Positions 9,568 to 20,501 of a DNA stretch of 64,000 nt are shown here, one piece after another (within the stretch, counting starts at the first letter, position 1; every line of letters begins with the position of its first letter). The stretch lies in contig JBBDZC010000008.1 in NCBI GenBank assembly GCA_040900375.1, positions 2,182-66,181 of the forward strand, in the 5' to 3' direction. This DNA comes from Candidatus Anderseniibacteriota bacterium (GTDB lineage: Bacteria > Patescibacteriota > Andersenbacteria > UBA10190). The position numbers were made by a program, and so were the translations under genes. The notes under the pieces were generated by a model, which saw only the letters and a program-made list of their open reading frames with translations, made no database searches and was not told the origin of the DNA.

Positions 9568-9636
9568 ATGGATACCCTTGCGTTGGTTGTGATTGCGTTT
9601 ATGCTGCTGCTGGTATCTGTCCCCATCAGGGCATGA
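9568..9636 (+). CDS. 22-aa hydrophobic micropeptide (MDTLALVVIAFMLLLVSVPIRA) with a perfect Shine-Dalgarno.
   Basis: TAAGGAG at 9554-9560, 7-nt spacer, ATG 9568, TGA 9634-9636. Not in the ORF track because it is shorter than 60 aa. Confidence 0.3.
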   Translation: MDTLALVVIAFMLLLVSVPIRA

Positions 9637-9866
9637 AAAGCTGGCTGCGGTTAAAACGATGGCGACAGCAACGACAGCGGCAGCGCCGGCAACAAGCTGG
9701 CATGCACGTGGTCGCAAATGACAGCCAGCGATCATAGTGTTCTCTGGCCAAAGTTCACCTTTGCAGCGAAGCAGTGATCTTCTTAAATCAAGAAGTCACC
9801 TCTTCGCTGTTTTTTTGTAGATGTAAAAAAGGTGACTTACTGAAAGTCACCGTACAAGCTAACCCG

Positions 9867-10145
9867 TTATTCCTTCAGCACAGTGAAATTACTGCGCAGT
9901 GACAGTACATAACTGGCGTGTTGTTGACTGAAGAGAACTACTTTTTTTCGCCATTGCCATGCTATACCTGCCTCACCTTTTTGTCGGCCAACGCTGCGCG
10001 GATCTAGCACCTCATGCTTCTGCAGCACTATCCTGGCAAGTGGCGAGTGAATATGGCACATCTGGGGAGCATCAATGTTATACAGCACGATAGGTAGTTC
10101 GGGATCAAGTCCCTCTAGCGCGAGGCGTAGTTCCTGTACAGTCAC
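9867..10145 (-). CDS. Hypothetical protein (92 aa).
   Basis: GGAG RBS 6 nt upstream of the ATG (complement of 10146-10165). Hairpin/T-run terminator at about 9786-9840 downstream. Divergent from rnhB. Confidence 0.5.
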   Translation of the reverse strand: MTVQELRLALEGLDPELPIVLYNIDAPQMCHIHSPLARIVLQKHEVLDPRSVGRQKGEAGIAWQWRKKVVLFSQQHASYVLSLRSNFTVLKE

Positions 10146-10235
10146 ATCTGGTCTCCACTAGTAAGCAGGGATAAGATCACCCAAAGAGCAATCAGCTTTT
10201 TAAGCTATCATGAGTGAAGCGATGCCTGCAACGAT

Positions 10236-10871
10236 ATGAAACACGCCCCTACCTTTGAGTATGAACACCTGTACTGGCAACAGGATATAGCGCAGATTGC
10301 CGGCATTGATGAAGCGGGCATGGGAGCCCTCGCCGGACCGGTGGTCGCGGCAGCAGTTATTCTACCCCCAGATTTCTCTGTACCTGGCGTGCGCGACAGC
10401 AAGACACTTTCTGTCCGGCAACGAGAGCTACTTGTTGTCGCTATTCAACAACAGGCCCTCGCCTGGGCAGTTGGCCAAGCGTCCGTGGCTGAAATTACCA
10501 CTCTTAATATTCGCCGGGCTGCCCATCTTGCGATGCAGCGCGCCGTTGATCAACTGCTACCTCAGCCCCTCTTATTATTAGTTGACGGCAACCCCTGCCA
10601 GCCCCATCCGACAATCCCCGCCTCGACTCTCGTTAAGGGTGATATATGTTCAACTTCGATCGCCGCGGCGAGTATTGTTGCCAAGGTTCACCGCGATCAG
10701 ATCATGGTTAAGCTGGACCAGGAATGGCCCCAGTATGGCTTTGCCCAACACAAAGGATACGGCAGTCAGGCGCACCTGGCCGCTTTAGCCACACACGGTG
10801 CCTGTTCCCATCATCGCCCGACTTATGCCCCTGTCGCCCACCTCTTGACACCAGCATCAGAAGTGTCGTAA
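10236..10871 (+). CDS. rnhB: Ribonuclease HII.
   Basis: IAGIDEAGMGALAGPVVAAAV...VDGN... catalytic DEDD-type motifs of RNase HII. 211 aa. Confidence 0.9.
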   Translation: MKHAPTFEYEHLYWQQDIAQIAGIDEAGMGALAGPVVAAAVILPPDFSVPGVRDSKTLSVRQRELLVVAIQQQALAWAVGQASVAEITTLNIRRAAHLAMQRAVDQLLPQPLLLLVDGNPCQPHPTIPASTLVKGDICSTSIAAASIVAKVHRDQIMVKLDQEWPQYGFAQHKGYGSQAHLAALATHGACSHHRPTYAPVAHLLTPASEVS

Positions 10872-10889
10872 GTTTAAATTCCTAAAACT

Positions 10890-11132
10890 ATGGCCGTACC
10901 AAAGAAGCGAACCAGTAAAGCCTCACGCAACATGCGCCGCAGCCACCACGCGAAACAGCTGGTGCGCCTGGCTACCTGCGCCCGTTGTCACCAATTAGTT
11001 CCGAGTCACATAGCTTGTCCCCAGTGCGGCACATACCAGGGCCGTGACGTTATTGATGTGTTGCGCAAATTGAGCAAAAAGGAACGTAAGGCCAGGGAGC
11101 AAGAGCAAGCTGCTCAAGATTCGTCTCGCTAG
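10890..11132 (+). CDS. rpmF: 50S ribosomal protein bL32 (zinc-ribbon form, with C-terminal extension).
   Basis: MAVPKKRTSKASRNMRRSHH N-terminus. CxxC...CxxC zinc ribbon. Confidence 0.85.
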   Translation: MAVPKKRTSKASRNMRRSHHAKQLVRLATCARCHQLVPSHIACPQCGTYQGRDVIDVLRKLSKKERKAREQEQAAQDSSR

Positions 11133-11242
11133 CCGTGGGTAAGTAAAGAGGATAGATACGATTCATTGTCAAATTCTTTTGACAAGACAGGTGTTTTTCG
11201 GTATACAGTCTACAGTCCTGAACGTTCACACTCTAGTATTTT

Positions 11243-11680
11243 ATGGCTAATCGTCATTTAAGTCGCTCCGTCGCCTTACAAAGTCTTTTTGAGTGGGACT
11301 TTAAGGGCCAACGCAAGGGCAGTCTGCAGACGATTACTCGCTACAATATTGCAGAATTTGCGCCCGGCATGGAAGATACTGATTTTATCTTTGATGTCGT
11401 CATGGGGGTACACAAGCATCTGGCCGATATTGATGCGCTCATTGTTGAATCGGCACCGGACTGGCCGCTGGAGCAAATTACTAATGTGGACCGTAATGTC
11501 CTGCGCATTGGTATTTACGAACTCAAGTTTGCGCATGCAGACGACGTACCCCCCAAAGTGGCCATCAATGAGTCAATTGAGTTGGCGAAAACGTTTGGCG
11601 GGGCGAGCTCGGGTAAGTTTGTGAACGGTGTTTTGGGCACTATTTATAAGAAAATGGGGGAGCCACGCAAGAATGAGTAA
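11243..11680 (+). CDS. nusB: Transcription antitermination factor NusB.
   Basis: [20 protein letters not shown]... NusB fold signature. 145 aa. Confidence 0.85.
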   Translation: MANRHLSRSVALQSLFEWDFKGQRKGSLQTITRYNIAEFAPGMEDTDFIFDVVMGVHKHLADIDALIVESAPDWPLEQITNVDRNVLRIGIYELKFAHADDVPPKVAINESIELAKTFGGASSGKFVNGVLGTIYKKMGEPRKNE

Positions 11681-11783
11681 GTTAATTTTAACTTAAATAA
11701 TCTTTAATTCTTATTTACTAAATCACTTGTGCGATTATTCATTTTCCACCAGCGCCCTGTCCTGGCTGATGAGTAATGAGTAA

Positions 11784-12509
11784 TTGGACTACAGAACACA
11801 CGTTATGAGTCCTGCTAAAGATTTACAGCCATTGGAAAAAAAATTAGGCGCGATATTTACGAACAAGGACATCTTGCGTCAGGCCTTGGTGCATCGCTCG
11901 TATTTAAACGAGAATCCCCGTTTCCCCCTAGGGCACAATGAGCGCCTTGAATTCCTGGGTGACGCAGTCCTAGAGCTGGTGGTGACTGATCATCTTTATC
12001 AGCACTACGACCTATCGGAAGGAGAATTAACTAACCTGCGGGCGGCGATTGTCCGCGGGGAAATGCTCTCGAAAATTGCGGAGGAGTTAGCGCTTGACCT
12101 TTATTTACTCCTCTCACGCGGTGAACGAAAGGATACCGGTAAGGCCCGTCAATATATCCTGGCCAATGCGGTTGAAGCCGTCATTGGTGCACTCTATGTC
12201 GATCAAGGCTACGCTGCGGCGCAAACCCTCATCGATCGGGTGATTATTGCCAAGCTGCCCGAGGTGATTGCACAAGGGCTGCACATCGATACTAAAAGCC
12301 GATTCCAGGAATTAGCCCAGGAAAAATTCCGCATTACGCCAACCTATGAAGTCATGCGTGAGGAAGGCTTGGATCATGCTAAACATTTTGTGGTAGGGGT
12401 ATTCTTAGGTGATAAAAAAATGGGTGAGGGGGCAGGCAGCAGTAAACAGGAAGCGCAACAGCAAGCAGCTAAACAAGCGCTGATACAACTCGAGGAAGCT
12501 GCACTATAG
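11784..12509 (+). CDS. rnc: Ribonuclease III. Alternative start at 11805 (MSPAKD).
   Basis: RNase III signature ERLEFLGDAVLELVV. C-terminal dsRBD (KQEAQQQAAKQAL). Confidence 0.9.
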   Translation: MDYRTHVMSPAKDLQPLEKKLGAIFTNKDILRQALVHRSYLNENPRFPLGHNERLEFLGDAVLELVVTDHLYQHYDLSEGELTNLRAAIVRGEMLSKIAEELALDLYLLLSRGERKDTGKARQYILANAVEAVIGALYVDQGYAAAQTLIDRVIIAKLPEVIAQGLHIDTKSRFQELAQEKFRITPTYEVMREEGLDHAKHFVVGVFLGDKKMGEGAGSSKQEAQQQAAKQALIQLEEAAL

Positions 12510-12620
12510 TTATTTCCCTGTACCTCCGAGCGTGCCTGGCTGAAGTCGAAGTCTTGGTGTTGTATGCTGGGAGATTGGCGAGCTTGACGCTTAGGATAAG
12601 CTCTCTTACTATCACTCCAC

Positions 12621-12953
12621 ATGTTAAAGATGCGTTTACAACGCCGAGGGAAGAACAAGTACGCTACGTACCGCGTCGTCGTGGCCCAGCACCATGCTCC
12701 CATTAAAGGCCGCTTTATTGCTGATGTGGGTTTCTATAATCCCCACACCGATGCGTTTCGGGTTGACGCCACGAAGGTGGCAACGTGGCTCAAACAAGGA
12801 GTACAGCCTTCGGCCACCGTGCACAATTTATTGGTTACCCACGGCTTACTGAAAGCAGAAAAAGTGAAAATTTGGCAACCACCAGCAGTAACTCCACCGC
12901 TAACGGCAGCGGCAGCACCAGTAGCCGACAAACGGAGCGAAACAGGAGTATAA
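12621..12953 (+). CDS. rpsP: 30S ribosomal protein bS16.
   Basis: MLKMRLQRRGKNKYATYRVVVAQHHAPIKGRFIADVGFYNP aligns to the canonical S16 N-terminus. C-terminal Ala/Pro-rich tail. Confidence 0.9.
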   Translation: MLKMRLQRRGKNKYATYRVVVAQHHAPIKGRFIADVGFYNPHTDAFRVDATKVATWLKQGVQPSATVHNLLVTHGLLKAEKVKIWQPPAVTPPLTAAAAPVADKRSETGV

Positions 12954-13148
12954 AGGCTTTTTCGGCGCCAGGTGGGGAAATACCACCGGTGCAGCGCGGC
13001 ATTGATTTCTGGGGAAAACTTTGCTATAGTGATTTTATCCGATCGCAACGTTGACTAAAATCGCTTCGGTCGAACGATTCAGTACTCTTGCAGTACCGGC
13101 GGTTGCATCGGTTGTACACATGTTAATCAGTAACGAAGCTTACGCGAT

Positions 13149-13511
13149 ATGGCAGATGAACGACCAAGCCATGATCAGGAGTTCGTCGAATATGTGGTCA
13201 AATCCATTGTCGACCATCCTGATGATGTCAAAGTTGATCGCACGGTTGATGAGATGGGAGTACTCATTACCCTCTCGGTGAATCCGGAGGACATGGGGCA
13301 AGTTATTGGCCGCCAGGGCGCTACCGCCAAATCAGTGCGCACGCTCCTGCGAGTGATTGGCGCCAAGAATAACGCCCGCGTCAACCTCAAGATTAGTGAG
13401 CCAGAAGGTTCCGAACGCCGCAGTGAAATGCCGAGCGAACCCCCCGCGACACCAAGCGAGGAACAACCTCGCCAATCGGTGGAAGAGGCGATTGATGATC
13501 TTAAGCTGTAG
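13149..13511 (+). CDS. KH-domain RNA-binding protein (YlqC/UPF0109-like, often located between rpsP and trmD) with an acidic C-terminal tail.
   Basis: KH core VIGRQGATAKSVRTLLRVIGAKNNARVNLKI. Confidence 0.8.
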   Translation: MADERPSHDQEFVEYVVKSIVDHPDDVKVDRTVDEMGVLITLSVNPEDMGQVIGRQGATAKSVRTLLRVIGAKNNARVNLKISEPEGSERRSEMPSEPPATPSEEQPRQSVEEAIDDLKL

Positions 13512-13538
13512 CCTGCAACTATACGTTAATAGAGAACA

Positions 13539-13565
13539 ACACCCGCCCCTAGTGGCGGGTGTTTG
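13539..13565 (+). terminator. Rho-independent terminator (acacccgcc-cctagt-ggcgggtgt, then short T-run).
   Basis: 9-bp GC-rich stem right after the KH gene stop. Confidence 0.45.
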
Positions 13566-13592
13566 GTAGGAAGAAATAAGTTTTCCTAAGAT

Positions 13593-13621
13593 TTGGACAA
13601 AGTATACATTCGCTCTATACT
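13593..13621 (+). promoter_or_regulatory. Sigma70-like promoter (TTGGAC, 17 nt, TATACT) upstream of the large surface-protein gene.
   Basis: Hexamers at 13593-13598 and 13616-13621. Confidence 0.45.
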
Positions 13622-13684
13622 TAAAGTCGTAGTCTTAACTTCCTTCAGCCGCAGGGGATATTCTATTATTCTTATTACACTGTC

Positions 13685-15919
13685 ATGCTGACAAATTCTC
13701 CACGCTCTACGCCAAGCTCTTTCTCGCCGCCACCGGCGCAGTCGCGGTCCTTACTGAAGCTCGTTTTAGTGGTGGTGGGCCTGCTGGTGATTGGAGCGGC
13801 AGTATATATTGCTACGACCGCTTTACCCGATGATTCGTCAGTATCGCCTAATCGGGCAACTGAACCGCAGATTCCGCCGCTGGCAACCATGGGAAGTAAT
13901 AACCCCGCTGATTCTGCCGCCATTGCCGCTCACAATGTTTCTTTTGCTGACCTGACTCATGATTTATCACCGGAGCAGGTAATCCAAACCATCAATGAGC
14001 GCTTAGGGTTGAGTACGGCGGATGCAGATAACGACGGATTGTCGAATGCGGCAGAAGTTCTAATTTATGGCACTAACCCGCGCTATTTTGATACTGATGT
14101 TGATGGGGCCACTGACGGCAGCGAAGTCGAAGGCAATACTAATCCACTACTCGCTGCCAATACCTGGACAGACGAAGAAAGAGAAGTAATCAAATCCCGC
14201 ATCGCGTACTGGGGCACTGATTTTTCTCTTTCTCCCATCCAGCGCGCGCAATCAAGTCGCGATATTAATCGTTTAGCTCATGCTGGCCAAATTCGAGTGT
14301 TGCTCGCCCTCTACTACGAGGAACATGCTGCCTACCCCCGCGCTCCTTCCTGGGAACAAGCCTGGGAAATACTCAAGACGAACGATGCCGGCGGAATGTT
14401 CTCGCACGGACACATTAATAGTAAGTGGAAAGAGGGCATGTTTGATCCGCTCAATTTGGCGCCTTTTGTTTACACGTATACCACTGATGCCCAAGGCTCG
14501 GCCTTTACATTTACCTATGCTGTCGAAGGCGAGCAAGTGCTCTACACCTTCACTGACGCGCGCGGAGAGCCGGGGGAAGTGAGTAAGCAGCTGTTGTCCA
14601 ATGTATCTGCACCTGCAGCAGTTAGTCGTATATTGCCACTGCGTCAGGTTAAGCAGATTTTACACGCCCTGGTACCGACAGCGTTAGCGTTACATGTTCC
14701 CGTCACGGATCTCTACGTAGACTCTGTCTATACTACCGATGGGGTACGCGTCGAAGTATACCAATGGGAAGGCAACACCTTCTGGCGCGACTATGCTATG
14801 ACCCACACGGTGGCGCAACTGAAAAATCATTTTCTGATTGCGGCTTCGGTTTACCAACCGCCTGGTTATTGTGATCAGATTGGCTGCTTCTGCAACAATG
14901 GCTCGACGCTCATTTTTGCCCGTAACAATTCCCAGTGCCAGGGCGGCGTCGCGGTTCCCCGCGAGAATACGGTCAAGGCTGGTCAGCCATTTGCGGCAGT
15001 CGTTAACCTCGTGAATACCGGTACCAGTACCTGGCGGACAGATGCTACGCCGCACCGCTTGGGCTCATCTTCGCCTCGCGATAACAATCTCTTCTGGGGC
15101 GTGGATCGTATCAGCTTAGGCAGCCGGGAAATTCATCCACAGGGATCAGTGGACTTCAACTTCACCGCTGTGGCCCCGACCAAACCTGGCACCTACAATT
15201 TTGACTGGGAAATGCTCGAAGAAGGCATCGAGTGGTTTGGCCAAGTCTGTAAAAAGCCATTAACAGTTGTTGCAGCCCAGTGCGCTGACACAGTAGATAA
15301 CGACGGTGATGGAGTCATTGATGCGGCTGATCCTGGTTGTCACACCGATGGCAACGCCAATAATGCTGCTTCGTATGATCCCCTTGATGATGATGAATTT
15401 AACCCTCTACCCTCATCACCGAGTCCTAGTGCTTCACCCAGTGTCAGCCCAAGTTCCTCGCCTTTAAGTGCGAGACCCGGGGTGGACTTAAAGGCAAAGG
15501 CTAAGGACGGAGACGTACCCAGCGACGCACTCACTGTCACCCGCAATAGCCGCGCCACGCTTAGCTGGACAACAACAAATGATGCGACCACGTGTAATGC
15601 CTCGGGAGCTTGGACTGGTAGTAAACTGCCCACAGGCTCGGAACAAACACCGCCGCTGACTGGCACGGTTACCTATACCTTACGCTGCGAAGGATCAGGC
15701 GGTATAAGTGACCCTGATAGCGTAACGGTTACGGTAGTGTCTGCTACATCAACACAATGTAGTGATAGCAAAGATAATGACGGTGACGGCAAGATTGATT
15801 GCGCTGATCCGGGTTGTCGCACCCGACCGGCTGACCCGGCCACGTGTGACCCAACTAAGAATAGTGAAGTAGACCCCGTGTTAAGCCCCGGTCCCATTCA
15901 GGAAACGGACGCGCCGTAG
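13685..15919 (+). CDS. Large (744 aa) cell-surface protein. It has an N-terminal TM anchor, a TSP3-like Ca-binding D-x-D-x-DG repeat module, an Ig-like domain flanked by two Cys-rich C-x-DNDGDG-x-ID-x-DPGC motifs, and Pro/Ser-rich linkers.
   Basis: DADNDGLSNAAEVLIYGTNPRYFDTDVDGATDGSEVEGNTNP. CADTVDNDGDGVIDAADPGC and CSDSKDNDGDGKIDCADPGC. PLPSSPSPSASPSVSPSSSP linker. Confidence 0.7.
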   Translation: MLTNSPRSTPSSFSPPPAQSRSLLKLVLVVVGLLVIGAAVYIATTALPDDSSVSPNRATEPQIPPLATMGSNNPADSAAIAAHNVSFADLTHDLSPEQVIQTINERLGLSTADADNDGLSNAAEVLIYGTNPRYFDTDVDGATDGSEVEGNTNPLLAANTWTDEEREVIKSRIAYWGTDFSLSPIQRAQSSRDINRLAHAGQIRVLLALYYEEHAAYPRAPSWEQAWEILKTNDAGGMFSHGHINSKWKEGMFDPLNLAPFVYTYTTDAQGSAFTFTYAVEGEQVLYTFTDARGEPGEVSKQLLSNVSAPAAVSRILPLRQVKQILHALVPTALALHVPVTDLYVDSVYTTDGVRVEVYQWEGNTFWRDYAMTHTVAQLKNHFLIAASVYQPPGYCDQIGCFCNNGSTLIFARNNSQCQGGVAVPRENTVKAGQPFAAVVNLVNTGTSTWRTDATPHRLGSSSPRDNNLFWGVDRISLGSREIHPQGSVDFNFTAVAPTKPGTYNFDWEMLEEGIEWFGQVCKKPLTVVAAQCADTVDNDGDGVIDAADPGCHTDGNANNAASYDPLDDDEFNPLPSSPSPSASPSVSPSSSPLSARPGVDLKAKAKDGDVPSDALTVTRNSRATLSWTTTNDATTCNASGAWTGSKLPTGSEQTPPLTGTVTYTLRCEGSGGISDPDSVTVTVVSATSTQCSDSKDNDGDGKIDCADPGCRTRPADPATCDPTKNSEVDPVLSPGPIQETDAP

Positions 15920-15967
15920 CAGGCTCGTTGGTTAATCAAAAAACGCATGCTACGCTACGGGAGCATG

Positions 15968-16663
15968 CGTTTTGATATTTTAACCTTATTCCCGGAGAGC
16001 ATTGCTCCCTATACTCGCGCGAGCATTATGGGACGGGCGGTCAGTAGTGGCCACATTGATGTTCGTCTGCACAACATTCGCGACTATGCGCTGGACAAGC
16101 ACCGCACCACTGACGATACACCGTACGGCGGCGGGGCTGGCATGGTGATGAAAGTGGAACCAATTTACGAGGCCTTAGCCCATATTTTGCCTGACCCCGT
16201 CGCGCGCACGAACGAGCAGCACGTTGTATTGCTCTCGGCGCGCGGGCGCCAATTTACGCAGTCGCGCGCCCAGGCATTCGCACAGCAGTTTCGTCACCTT
16301 GTGCTCATCTGCGGGCGGTACGAAGGGGTGGACCAGCGCGTGGCTGATCACCTGGCGGATGAAGAGTTATCGATCGGCCCCTATGTTCTGGCGGGAGGAG
16401 AACTCGCGGCACTCGTCGTGGTAGAAACAGCGGTTCGTCTTATCCCCGGTGTTCTCGGTAATCCTGACTCTCTGGTGGAAGAATCATTCAACCTGCCGGC
16501 GGACAAAGTGTCCCTACCCACGGGGCCGATAGGTGAGTATCCCCAGTACACCAAACCAGAAGAGTATCGCGGTTGGAAAGTGCCGCCGGTGTTGCTCTCG
16601 GGCAATCATGAGAAGATTCAACAGTGGCGCAGAGCGCAGCGTACGGCCACTCCGGAAGCCTAA
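15968..16663 (+). CDS. trmD: tRNA (guanine37-N1)-methyltransferase TrmD.
   Basis: MRFDILTLFPE...GGGAGMVMK..., SPOUT-fold TrmD signature. Track ORF 15947..16663. Confidence 0.9.
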   Translation, partial: RFDILTLFPESIAPYTRASIMGRAVSSGHIDVRLHNIRDYALDKHRTTDDTPYGGGAGMVMKVEPIYEALAHILPDPVARTNEQHVVLLSARGRQFTQSRAQAFAQQFRHLVLICGRYEGVDQRVADHLADEELSIGPYVLAGGELAALVVVETAVRLIPGVLGNPDSLVEESFNLPADKVSLPTGPIGEYPQYTKPEEYRGWKVPPVLLSGNHEKIQQWRRAQRTATPEA

Positions 16664-16723
16664 CTTTTCCCGTATCTCGGCAGCGGCTTTGCACTTTTCA
16701 CGTTACGCTTTACTCTAAAGGCC

Positions 16724-17164
16724 ATGTCCATACCCCTCTTCGTTATTCCAATTATCTGCGGTCTGCTCGCCCAAGCGCTCAAGCCTTTCATCAATCAACA
16801 GTGGTATGCGACAATGTCGCCGGATGGCAAAAAACTACCGCGCTATGGCGGTATGCCGAGCGCCCATTCCGCTTTTGCTTTTTCGATTGCGACGATTATC
16901 GGGGTGACCGATGGTATTTTTTCTACGACCTTTATTATTGCTATGGCGTTGCTCGTGCTGATTCTCGATGATGCCCTGCGCATGCGCATTTTCTTGAGCC
17001 GCCATGGGCAAGCGCTGCGCCGGCTCATCCAAAAACTGCCAGCGGAGGAACGCCGCTCGTATCCCTACTTAGAATCTCGCTTAGGCCATAAACCGCTGGA
17101 AGTTGCCGCTGGTGGGGCCTTAGGCGTTATTGTCTCGCTGCTATTACTCTTCTTCATCCCCTAA
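16724..17164 (+). CDS. Divergent PAP2-like membrane protein (DUF212/YuiD family).
   Basis: GGMPSAHSAFAF motif, characteristic of the DUF212 acid-phosphatase-related family. 3-4 TM. Confidence 0.65.
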   Translation: MSIPLFVIPIICGLLAQALKPFINQQWYATMSPDGKKLPRYGGMPSAHSAFAFSIATIIGVTDGIFSTTFIIAMALLVLILDDALRMRIFLSRHGQALRRLIQKLPAEERRSYPYLESRLGHKPLEVAAGGALGVIVSLLLLFFIP

Positions 17165-17377
17165 GCCTTAACCTTTCGACAAGCTCAAGGTCAATCCGCC
17201 GCTCGACCCCGAGCTCACGGTCGAGGGGAAGTTTATCGAGGATTGACCCATTCGACTTACGCTTCAGGGTCAAGCTACCATTCGACCCTTAAGCGTAACG
17301 GTCGAGGGGGGCCATATCGAAGCTGCATTGTCCCTGCACAATATACATGCTAGACTTTCAGTAAATCTTTCCTTACG

Positions 17378-17938
17378 ATGTCTATGAAGCGCTCCCGCAT
17401 TATCCTCCTCCTGATTGGCTTAAGTGTGCTTATCGCGGTAAGCCTGTTGATTGCTTTCAGCACCGACTCGGACAGTATCCCACGACAACTATCAGCCTTA
17501 ATTTCCTACCCGAACTATTCACCAGCGCCAGTAGTGGGGGCGTGCTACTATTTATCAGTAGGGGTAACCAGCTCTTGCGATGCCCCGCTTACTCAAGCCA
17601 TGTGTGAATCATTAGGTCAATCTAACGGTGGAATATTTCAATGGCATCCAGGAGGAACATGCCCACCTGATCCACTAACCACGACTAACACGTGTGCCCA
17701 AGGTGGTTACGAGCTTTTCCATGATTTCGGAAGTGTCCATTGTACCGATGCGTCGTCTGGCATGACACTTGCAGCAAGCAACTGTCTAAACGATCTTGAC
17801 GCCGAGCTTCAACAAACTGCTTGTCCGGCTGGATGTACCGCTACCTACCTTATAGGACCTGTTATCACCGATGGATATATTTATCACACCACTTCTGAAT
17901 GTACTGTTAGTTGTCAGGCGGTTATTGGGTGTCGATAA
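17378..17938 (+). CDS. Secreted Cys-rich hypothetical protein (N-terminal signal anchor).
   Basis: MSMKRSRIILLLIGLSVLIAVSLLIAF, then a Cys-rich ectodomain with 14 Cys. Confidence 0.55.
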   Translation: MSMKRSRIILLLIGLSVLIAVSLLIAFSTDSDSIPRQLSALISYPNYSPAPVVGACYYLSVGVTSSCDAPLTQAMCESLGQSNGGIFQWHPGGTCPPDPLTTTNTCAQGGYELFHDFGSVHCTDASSGMTLAASNCLNDLDAELQQTACPAGCTATYLIGPVITDGYIYHTTSECTVSCQAVIGCR

Positions 17939-18149
17939 GACGAGTACAAGCACCCACTACTAACCACCGTACACCAAGTGGCATACTGCAGGCCAACGAC
18001 GCTGGTAGCAACGAGAACGTAGCGGTGAAGGAGGAGGCGGAGATAGAAGAAGGGACTAGGTCCATTATATCTCATTAAGTAGGGCTAAATATTGTGAGGG
18101 CGCAAAAAGTCTTTGGGATTAGCTAATAAATTCCGATGCTTAGGCGTGC

Positions 18150-18177
18150 TTGACAGCCAATACTCTATCAGTACAAT
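18150..18177 (+). promoter_or_regulatory. rRNA operon promoter (TTGACA, 16 nt, TACAAT).
   Basis: Consensus hexamers about 330 nt upstream of the mature 16S 5' end. Confidence 0.55.
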
Positions 18178-18506
18178 AATGAAAGTAATCCTTAAGGATT
18201 CGTGATAACTGAAGAAATCCATCAATCCCTAAACGTTGCGAGCAGAAAAGAGAGAGGTGAACGTTTACTTCCCTCTTTTTTGATCGCGAAAGACTGTAAC
18301 TTTACAATTGATGACGCTACAAAAAATCGTTCCTTAAAAGAAGATGCTGGCTGCTTAGCGCAGCACTTCCCAAGGAGCGTTGCAACTGCATCATTCTGCG
18401 CGGTTGCAAACAGACTTACTGTTGTCCCCCGATGACAGTAAGTATGCCCGCCATCTTGCATATTGCGAGATGGCTGAACCATGAACCCGCCAGGGTTTAT
18501 GGTTCT

Positions 18507-19993
<1,487 letters not shown>

Positions 19994-20338
19994 CTAGGGA
20001 TACTGTCCTTGTGGTGTGGTATACCTGCCGCAAGGATCCTAGAAGGTCGAAAATCATTCTTTAAAGAATGATTGCTAGTAGTATGGATAGCACGTCATCC
20101 ATCTTCAAACATGTGATGTGCGCAAGCGGCAGTGTTTTGCAACCGCGCAGAGAAATGCAGTAGTGTCAGTTAAACCTAGCAGCCCGCGTGGGCTGTTTTT
20201 GGTTTACTACACGAAATTCACGAGAAAATTCCTTACCTACCTGCGAACGTCATAATGACTGTTTCCACTTGCTTTACATCACTCGTTTTCTTGCAAAAAG
20301 CTCCAAAAGACGTTTTAATATGCCATACTAGTTATCGA

Positions 20339-20412
20339 GGGTGCGTAGCTCAGTTGGTTAGAGCACTACACTGATAATGTAGAGGTCCCAAGTTCGACTC
20401 TTGGCGCACCCA
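20339..20412 (+). tRNA. tRNA-Ile (anticodon GAT) in the rRNA spacer. CCA not encoded.
   Basis: GGGTGCG acceptor. Anticodon arm CTACA-CTGATAA-TGTAG. T-arm CCAAG-TTCGACT-CTTGG. Confidence 0.85.
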
Positions 20413-20501
20413 CCCTACTACTCAACTGGCCTTTTTCCAGGAAACCCTGTTGTCTACCTTCTGGCAGTTTACTGGTGAGGCAAGTGCGCGGTGGGTAACT
20501 A

